NCBI RefSeq assembly: GCF_006345805.1
Contig: NC_043015.1
Location: forward strand, 13,206,001-13,270,000
Direction: 5' to 3'
From: Octopus sinensis
Taxonomy: Eukaryota
DNA length: 64,000 bases
Below are positions 53,756-64,000 of the stretch, piece by piece. Each line of letters begins with the position of its first letter. Position 1 is the stretch's first letter. The position numbers and the translations under genes are program-made. The notes under the pieces are model-generated. The model saw only the letters and a list, made by a program, of their open reading frames with translations. It was not told the origin of the DNA and did no database searches.

Positions 53756-55899
53756 GATGTATTTAAGTCCCTGTAACTTTGCGGTTCGGCAAAAGATCCG
53801 ATAAAACAAGTACCAGGCTTTAAAATAGATAAGTACTGGGATTAATTCATTCGACTAAAAATTCCTCAAGACGATGTCCCAGTGTGGCTGCAGTCAAATG
53901 ACTGTAACAATTATAAGGTAATTCAAGATTCTTTTCGTATTAATATGAACTGGTTAACAACCGTGTTCAGCTGAGATTGTTAATGTACATCTTATCTAAT
54001 TCCCTCTTTATCCCTCTCTCATACCTCCGCATTCTCATCACACCCTGCCTCGGATTCTATGCTTCAGGGTCTACCGGGCAATTAACTGGCCTTTTGTCAT
54101 ATTTTAGGGCAATGAATATTTTCGCATATTTTCGTAATGACAATTTTCAAAAATATTTAAAATAATGTACTAAACTGTCTAAAGACGAAAGAAAAAAAAA
54201 TATATGATTTAACTGTTAAATGGACTGAATTTCCCGTGCACCTGCACCAGTGTGTGTGTTTATGCGTATACGCACAGACACATGTATTTATGTGAATTTT
54301 ATAGATGGTTCTGATGAGTTGATATTCGATTGCATCAACATAATGATACAGCTTAAGTTTATAGTTGCATATATTATATAATAATATAGCAATATTCTTG
54401 AGTACGAATGCTGAAGAAAACAATCGTAAATTTATGTAATAAAACGATTTGCTCATTCCACTCTCCTTGTTAATAATTATAAACATATATATATCCGAAG
54501 TGTACAGTATTATATATCCATTACAGCCTATCTTACCGATCGGTTTCGCGCTAGATCGGCCGTAATGGATATATAATATACTCACTCCGTTGATAGATAT
54601 ACAAGTGCATTTTTTCCTGACTTATGGACTCTTAGACGACTTACAGAGAGGGAGAGAGAGAGAGAGAGAGAGTCAGCGTTCAGCCGGAATTTGAGAGGTG
54701 GAGGGTTCAATTCCATGTGGAGGCTTGCTGTCCACTTTTTCCCGTTTTCTAAAGTGTTAAAACCGAATTTTCTAAGCTGTCTTCATAGCCTCCCTGCGTT
54801 CGCGAATGCCTTTAATTATGTAGAAGATATATATACATACATATCAAAAGGATGTGTTATAATACTATTCCACAGCCATACCAACACTGCAACATACTTC
54901 CATCATCAGCTGCCCCACGGATATCATTATGGTTTCGACACCTGGACAGTATATATATATATATATATATTGCATCCTCCGTGTTATAGTCACTTCTGAT
55001 TACATGGTTTTGCGCTTATGGGATTTGTAAAGTATGGCCACTGATTCTGGGAGTTAGTATGCAAACTCGGATACATTTTGAGAATTAAAGATCAAAACTT
55101 TCTTCTAAGGTAGAAGGTCGCTTCTCGGTGTTTTGGCTTTGATTGAATTTTAGTTAATTATAAAAAAAAAACAGACCAATAATCATGACATACGCATACC
55201 TATAATGTATAAAATATGTATTTGTGTGTGTATGTGTGTGTGAATGCGCGCACGTGTACACCATGTTTGCGTACGTACCACTACAAACGCCTGTGGAATT
55301 TGAGGTAGACTTTTTCAAATCAACTTTCACCACAACTACTATTTATCATCAACACCAACAGAAATAGTCTGGACACCAAAATCAATACAACTACCATCAC
55401 TATCAGCCCGGCAACTCCTTCATGACTAACAGCAAAAATAGAATAATCAAGATAAACAACTATATCTGAAATAATACTAAGATAATTACCTGAGGTAATG
55501 TGTTGTTCTAGTGCATGTTAAATGTTGAATGAAATGTCTTTGATCTTAGGTCAATGAAGATTAACTTGAAACCAAATAGTCACAATATAACTAACACTTC
55601 CACCAACTGTATCTCCCTTATCACAAACACGAAAATCAATAGAACCAACGCTACTATCAGTATCAATTTGCTAACTTTTGAATAAACAATTAGCAAGACC
55701 AGTGATAGTGTTAGCGTTATAGCAATGTCTGTAGCTACGTATGTTGTAGGTCAACAGGATGGGATGTCTCTGAATGTATGTGTGTGGGTAGAGTGAGGAA
55801 TTTTATTAATCAAATGAGAGTTGTAAAGCTAAAATGCCCATGAAGCCTGGAAACCCTTCAACCAATATACTCATGCAGTATTTCTTCCTTACCTCACTC

Positions 55900-56990
55900 C
55901 TGCCAATTTTTACTACATATTTGGTATGAATAATTGTTGAGCATCGGTGCCACTGGATTTATCTGCAATTCAATAATTCAAGATGTATGGAAAGAAGCCA
56001 TCAAAAGGAACTGAAAGTAGTTGTCCGAAAAGGAACCGTAAAAAGATTACACTGGATATTAAACTTAATTTATTTTTATTAAAACAGCTGGATGCGGAAG
56101 GGAAACTTAACCTTATTGCCAAATAACAATACGTGTCAACAGAAAGAAAATTAAATCAAGCGCTCCAGAAGTTACTCCATCAACTGCCCGGCGTGCTAAC
56201 GTTTCTGCCAGCTCGCCGCAGAAGCATATTGCGACACTTACAAATGACGTAGGGCTTGAATAAGAGATATAGAACGATGTAGTTGAGTTGCTAGTACTTC
56301 ATAGGGAAAGTTTATCCAGCGAGTAGTGGATACTCTTAGAATAAAAGCAATCTGAGAATACAGATGAAAATAGGGTCATTTCAGCAACTACACTTAAATT
56401 GAATGCAAAGGATATTGTTGAAGGTTTGGCATCTTATAGAGGAAGGTCTGCAAACTCTTCCTGATAACAACCCTGATCGTAAACATAGCAAAAATTACAA
56501 GAGGAGTTTACAATGAATTTAGTTCCTACGCTGAACTGTACAAAGAGATGAGCGTCATGAACATCAAAGAATTTTGGATAAGTTCTTCGCCTTTCAAGTG
56601 GAAGCTGCTGCTGAAAATAGTGTCCCTCATCCTTCCAGTAACTCTCATTTTATCACCACCTCTCAGACAGCATTCAACATCTTTTGTGGAAAGTAGGCAT
56701 TACTACGATATTGCAGTGTTTATTCTTTTTACTTGAAATGTTTTTAATATATATATATATATATTTATGTATGTATGTGTGTGTATATATGTATGTGTGT
56801 ATTGTTTAGAAGGTTATTTTCATGCATAAAAGCGTTCGTATTTCTTTTTTGTTTTTGTTTTTACTATTTTTTCCCCGAAAATATCCGTCGGAACGCATTA
56901 TCATTTTATGAGATGATAATCATGAGAATATAAATTTCGCGTTACAAGTTTTCAGGCTTGCATTACTCTCATAACGCAGGGAGTTCCGAT
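55900..56990 (+). mobile_element. internally deleted Tigger/pogo-like remnant
   Basis: HTH-start-like KKITLDIKL, ASSG-like segment and a C-terminal DNNPDRKHS-type segment; heavily decayed. Confidence 0.35.
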
Positions 56991-56991
56991 A

Positions 56992-57067
<76 letters not shown>

Positions 57068-57452
57068 CGTGTGTGTATGTGTGTATGTGTGCGTGCGTGT
57101 GTGTATAGTGCTCTACATTGCCTTGGTTTTGGTCGTAATAGCTGAAACTAACAAAAAAAAAATGGAGAACACTCACCTATAGATGCATATATATACGCAC
57201 ACACACATATACATACATGCATACATACATACAAGGTGAATTATATGTTTATGAAAGAAAGGTACGTGTTTTGCAGTTAAGAGTGTATAAGAAAAAGACA
57301 CAGACAAATAGATAGATAGATAAAGATAGAGGGAGAGGGAGAGAGAGAGAAAGGGCGCGAGGCATTGAGAGAGTGAAAGGGAGAGGTAGAGAGAGAAAGA
57401 GTAAAGGAGTGAAAGGGGATATTGTCGAAACTACATGTTGAGCGAAAACTAC

Positions 57453-57503
<51 letters not shown>

Positions 57504-58089
57504 GTGTGCGCGAGTATGTTTGTGTTTCTGCACGTTTAAATAGTTTGATAGGCTACTACCTGGATTGATCATGCATCATAATTGCTTTGAACTTTTGGTG
57601 TAGGCAGGCATTATTTTCTACTTTTACGATTGTTTCTACGTTTGATGTTTCACTTTAACTGATTGCAACGTCAGTTAATGCTGGCTCATTTATTTGACGC
57701 ATATAACCTATATTTTTATCATCACATCGCCGTGAATTAGAAATATTCTATTATTTTCTGTTCATCAAATAGATGGTAGTTCTCTCTTGCTTCTGAATGA
57801 CAACATCATCAATCGCCTCTTCATTATATTACTCACAATCTTCGTTTTAACGATTCCAAATGCCTTTGTTATTTACGGTGGTTAACTTTTGTTCATGTCC
57901 TCAATATACAATTTCCATCAATCCATTTATCATATTTTTGCCTGTTTTAGTCATTCGACAGCGACCATGCTGGGGCAACACATTGAAGGCTTCACTCGAG
58001 CAAATTGACTCCAGTACTTATCTTTTTAAAGCCTATTACCTATTCTATCGGCCTCTTTTGTCGAACTGCTAATTTATGAAGAGTTACCT

Positions 58090-58690
58090 ATTTATACTTC
58101 TTTTATTTTTCAAAATTAAGATAAACAAAGTTTTTTTTTCATCTAAAATATACTCTCCTTCATTTTCTACAATGCTCTTCCATCTATCTGGTAGACTTGC
58201 AAGGCTCCTCTTCCAAAATTCACTCGTCCGTGAAGAAAAATACTCTTTCAGTACTGTTCTGACATCATCAACAGATTTTATATTTTTCCCACCTGCTGAA
58301 ACTGCTGAATAAATGATAATCAGATGGGGTTAATGTCCAGCGAATATGGTGGGTGGGGCATCGCTTCCCATTCAAACTGCTCCAGCTTTTCGAATGTCAT
58401 CCTTGCTGTATGTGGCCGAGCATTATCCTGATGGAAGAACAACTTTCGTCTTGAAACCAAAGATGGTCGTTTTTCTTCTAGTGCTGACTTAAGCCACTCA
58501 AGCTGCTCGCAGTAGATCTACTTTGTTATCGTTTGGTTTGGGTTTAAAAGTTGAAAGTGGACTAAAACCTTTCATATCCCACCAAACAGATAACAACACA
58601 TTACTTTGGTGAAGACCCTCTTTAGTCTGGGGTGCCGGTGTTTCTCATTTCCCTACCCACTGTCTTCGGCGCTTTTTAACCATAAAAACA
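58090..58690 (-). mobile_element. mariner transposase remnant
   Basis: HQDNARPHTARMTFEKLEQFEWEAMPHPPYS on the minus strand. Confidence 0.75.
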
Positions 58691-61600
58691 TGCCTTTTTT
58701 CACATTCTTTTTTTTAGTTTCCCTGCCTCTTTCAAAGGTAGTTGTCAGCCTATTTCCAGGATAGCTTTGATCAAGCTGGCTTATGATGAAAGGCATCACA
58801 ACCATCGTCAGCCAACAAAAGATTCAATCGATTGATCTCCTTCCCACAAAATTGCACGTGAGCTGGAAGAGTTGTCAGCACGTCGGACAAATTGCATAGC
58901 GGCATTTCTTCTGATGCATTAGATTCTGAGTTCAAATTCCGCCGAGGTCGACTTTGTTTTTCTGCCTTTTGTACCAGCTGACCACTATGGTCGATGTAAT
59001 CTACTATCCTCCTCTCCCAAAGCTGCTGCTATTGTGCCAAAATTACAAAGAATACACTGTAATTTTTGTCTTTGGTCAGTAAGTACTATTCCCTACTAGA
59101 AATCAAAGGTAATGACTACTGTTTCCTTCAAAATTTGCTATTGTGACCTGGTCAACAATGTTTTGAAACTGACCTATTTTCCATTACATTTCAGACATAT
59201 TCAGTGCTGAGTTGCTGAAACAGAGATATCGTTATAGCAAATATTCTGCTCAATACCACAGATTTGCTTGTCAGTTGCTTGACCGTAACCATTTGAGTAT
59301 GCTCATTAGTGGTTGATAGTATGTGCAGGAGTAGTGAGGGAGCATCATAGCTATGTGTTGAGATGGATTCTTTGGGGCTTGAATAGATGTAACAAAAGCA
59401 AAGGAAATATTAGTGATTTTTCATACTTTCTATGGGTAAACAAATAGGAAATAACAGTTGCTACCCAAGGACAAAAATCATGTTACACAGTGTTATTATC
59501 ATTAAATGGCTAATAATAACACTCTGGAACAACACTAGTCTAAATCTCTTAGTGTATTTTGTTACGTTCTTTGGCGCACTGATTTCTGAACTCACTGTGC
59601 TCCACTTTGCCATCCATCATTCAAGGGTTGATAAGTAAACATCAGAATTTTAACTAAACGTCTAAATGTAGAAATATTGATTCACCTCATACAGCCCTCC
59701 AACATAATAGCCCTTATCACCGCAGTGAAAATTACCTTACGGGTCAAATATATCTCAAACATATTTGAATTGGTCCAAAAGTTTAATTCCCAACACTGCT
59801 TTCGCGTGCCTACAACACATTTTCTTCTAGTCCGGCAGCTTCGCACGTAGTCGCCAAATTGTTTCTACTGATTTTCTGTAAGAAAACTACGACTTCCAAA
59901 GTCATTTTAGAGTTGTCTCTATCGGTAACTTATGAGCACTATTTCACGGGTAGTATTAGTAGCGCAGCTTAGACAGTGCTAAACTCAGTATCTAAAGATT
60001 GTTGGTTTAATTTCGATTGTCAGCCTTTTAGTGCTTCATTCCAGTTTCGCTCTTGAAATTAGTACTAATCGAAATCCTTATAGCTTGAAGTAGAGAAGGT
60101 GATAGGAGAGTAGTTCTTTTTTGTCGGTCACATGTATACAAATCACCGCACAATCACCATTATAAGAAGATTATACAAATAATATTGTTGGATTGCCAGA
60201 GATAGCTGAAGGGTCGGATTAAATGCTTTCCGGTATTCAATTTTGACCTTGCTGGCACAAGTATTGATCCTGTATTTAGAGATGGTTAATCAATTACCAT
60301 ACTATTCAATTCCTCTCGTTTACCAATATAAGAGTTCCTTAGAGATATACATTCGGAAGTATATGCACAATCATAAACATACATTGACACATCAAACGTT
60401 AAATAAATGTGTGCACATATCAATCATCAAAATATACGCAGGAATCATTCTCAAGAAGTTTTCAGTTCAAAGAGGTTCTCGGGAGACAAGATTTCCTGGG
60501 AACAGTTATCCTTATCGTCATCCTTGCCATAGTCGTTTTTATGGTTGTTATCATCGTCACAGCTTATACAACTGTTTTCATCCTTTCCATTTCGATTTTC
60601 ACGCATTTGATTTCGTTAGAAGCTAATCTCTAGGTTAAATTAAAAGTGAAAAATTTTCCCCATTAAACAGTACATTATCGAATTTTGGGAGTGTTCCAAC
60701 TCTGTTGTTCCGATTTATAGAAATTCTTCAATTTCCTATGCCAGTGACACCCGGTGTCTACAATATTGCAAGAAAAATTGAAGTTTGAACTGCCTTATGC
60801 GTATTTTGAGTTTATTATTATACTGCTCAATAATGCATGAGCGGGTAGAATCGTTATCACGCCAGGTAAAATGCTTAGTGGCATTTCGTTTGTCTTTATG
60901 ATCTGAGTTCAAATTCCGTCAGGCTGACTTTGTCTTTCATCCTTTCGGAGTTGCTATATAATGTACACGTTGAGTACTGGGCTGATATAATCGACTAACC
61001 TCTGTCTCCTTAAATTACTGGCCTTGTCCTAAAACTTGAAACCATTACTGTATACTTCAATCGTATAGACTAGGTCTATAAACAGTCATTACTTCAATGT
61101 TAGGGCGCCTGTGTTTCACCTTGACTTTAATATTCTAATTAATGCAGGGCGATGAATAACAGAAACAGTAAAGCTCCACAAATATTGCCTTGATGTGTTT
61201 AGTTAATTGTCTTTAAATTTAAGGTTTTGCCAAGATCGACTTCGTCTTTCATCTTTCTCGTCTGGACAAAATAACAACTAGAATAGGTGAGGATTAAATC
61301 AACAGCATCTTCTCACAAAAATGTATAAAAATTTCTTGTTAAGAAAAATTATATCTAATTTTTCAATAATTCTTTATGGGTTGCTTGTATTTTTTCCCAT
61401 TCCTGACGATGTAAATTCAATCAGCTGTAGTGAAAAATTATCACGACATCTGTCATGTTTACCGCTTCTGTTAATTTTATATGTGAAAATGTACTAATTT
61501 AATAAAGTACATATTGGGAAATCATTTTTGTTTCTGTAAAACAATGTAATTTGTTTGATGAGATTACTCGAGTGCTACATAGAGACAAAAAATAGACAAA

Positions 61601-62519
61601 AAAAGAATCCACTTTCACTAGACATATTCATTTTTTCTAACCTATATAGTTTCTCATTTATCATTGAAACTGACCTTCTAATTTTTGTTATTTCTATTAT
61701 TAACTATTTTTTTCAATAAAATATTTCTTTTATACACCTTTTTACTTTCTTAGATATTAAGGACCAGTAATTATTTTATTTTTGATAAAATCTGAACTGT
61801 TCTTTATATACCATCCAAGTACAGTCACTTCTGTTTTAATGCCCTCTTCACAGACCGCATCGTTCCATCCAGTTACGACTTTAAGTATAATAGATCAATA
61901 TTGCTTTTAAGTTAGAACGCATAATGTATTTGTCCGTAACGTCTTTTTTTCTTGCTAAACTACTCAGTTCTTCAGAGTTCTTCGTTCCACTATTATAATC
62001 TCAAACAATAGGGATGCAAAGAACAAGGTATTGATTGCAATGTTTTTGTTCTTCTCATTGATTTTAGATGTGTAAACCAATCTAATTATCTAAAATTCAT
62101 AAACTCGGTTTTCAGTTTCTTCATCATTCCACAATACCAAGATATTTCCTATCTATTTTACACAACTATTCGAGCACAACTTCTTTCTTCTACCAATATC
62201 CATTTCCTTTATATCAAATTGACTTTCAGTAATTTAGATTAAATAAACCATTAAAAGTAAGTTCTGCAGAGTAATCAGTTCTATCTTCTACTGGTATTCA
62301 ACTAACTTCTGTAAAGATAATTAAGCATAACAAGAAGAGGCACAGTTATAAGGTTTACTCAAAGAACTAAAATAATTAGTAGATTATAGTATAAAATGTT
62401 CAGTATTTCGAGTCACTGTTTCTGTAAGCTAAACATAGAAGAGACTATATTTCATAGAACCTGACGCATTCTATTCTTTATGAAAGCATATAAACACAAA
62501 TATTTTCTGAAGAATGACC

Positions 62520-62598
<79 letters not shown>

Positions 62599-64000
62599 AC
62601 ACAGACGCACATATACACACACACACTCACTCACTCACTCACTCACTCACACACATCTAAAGCGTCTTATGTATAGCCACTCAGTTATATATTAGTTCCT
62701 ACCACATAATATGAAAAGCGCATTTAATGACGGCCATTACAGAACATCGTGAAAATAGAATTTGAACCAAAGGAAATGTTATAAGAATTAAAAATATTTT
62801 CACCAATCATTAGTTAACAACATATAAAGAACGGAGTGTAAATCCAGAATTGGGGGAATCCGTTGAGGGTTTCTATCGATGACAAGTTAGTCAAAGAAAG
62901 TGTGGCAATGATTAATTATTAAAAATAAACTACTGTATCTATTCGGGTATCAGGCACACTCCGAATTGATATAAAATAATCATTGAAAATATATCCTCTT
63001 TGTGTTTTAAAGCCAATAACACTGGTTTCTGATAGCAGAGCTTTCTATTCAATGTCTATGTAAATGGTATAACAGGTTATCAATGTATTTATAATTTTGT
63101 TAAAGTGGGGCAACGAGTCGGTAGAATCGTTAGCGCGCTTGACAAAATGCTTAACAGCATTTTCTCCGGTTTTACATTCCGAGTTCAAGCCTCGCTGAGG
63201 TCAACTTTGCCTTTCATCGTTTCAAGTTTGATAAAATATGTACCACTAGAGTACTGGGGTCGATATAATCGAGTGACTCATCGCTTCTATACTGAAACTG
63301 CTTGTTTTGTGCCAAAATTTATAACAATCATCATATTAAAAGTGTCATATTCGCAAGGAAACGCTGTCACAGGAAGCTGTGTTTAAGATGAGATTGAGAT
63401 TTTTCTTTTTTCTTGATTTTTTCAATGTCTCAAATCTTTTTAAAATGTAACTTAAGGATAACCAAAGTCACAGTTTACAGTAATGCAACAGGGCTTCATT
63501 TATTAGTAATTAAGCATGGGAATTGTTGAATTATTGTTACTGTTACCTGTCCCGAAGTCGGCTTCGATCGAGCAGACTATAATCGTACGCATTCTGGCCG
63601 TGACAATCTCATCTTTTTGTACACGTATGACTACATTGTTCAATGTGCCTTCTCTCCTTTTAAAAGATAGTAAGATGTGATAAGATGTGGTTTAAAAGAG
63701 ATTTAACTGCTATTTCCAGCAGACTAAATGACTACGTACAACCTCCCTGCTTTGGCTCGATTTTTATTGATATGTAGGTAGAAACAGATAACACAAATGT
63801 TAGTCAGATGAATAACATATCTAGGTCAGTATATCAATGTTCTGATTTTAAAACCTGACAAGGACCAGTAATATATAAGAATGAGAGCAATTTTCCCTAA
63901 GCACAAGACCTTGTACCAGATATGCTGTGATCGTATCAGGCACTTGGAAGACGAGTTTTTCTTCTCAACTGAATCAATTTTGCTTATATATGGAAAAAGC

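Overview
AT-rich, microsatellite-saturated eukaryotic DNA, most likely from a coleoid cephalopod (Octopus-like). That assignment is inferred from the two dominant tRNA-derived SINE families and the (CA)n/(TA)n/(CTAT)n load. Most short ORFs in the track are microsatellite artefacts. One compact host gene can be built entirely from sequence signals on the minus strand: TATA+Inr at 48520/48488, a non-coding exon 1 and two coding exons. It encodes an 89-aa secreted prepropeptide (signal peptide, acidic pro-region, RRKR cleavage site, 25-aa cationic C-terminal peptide) that I cannot assign to a known family. The first 10.5 kb hold a Tx1/L1-like retroelement system: an ORF1-only (HAL1-like) element with a 15-bp TSD, two internally deleted Tx1-like LINEs stacked at the same 18-bp target, and a young CR1-like fragment nested in one of them. 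A shared 3' tail architecture links the LINEs, the ORF1-only element, a 28-bp micro-insertion and the main SINE. The rest contains decayed Tigger/pogo, mariner, Tc1, hAT, Helitron, CRE and Penelope elements, several hairpins and a few orphan exon candidates.
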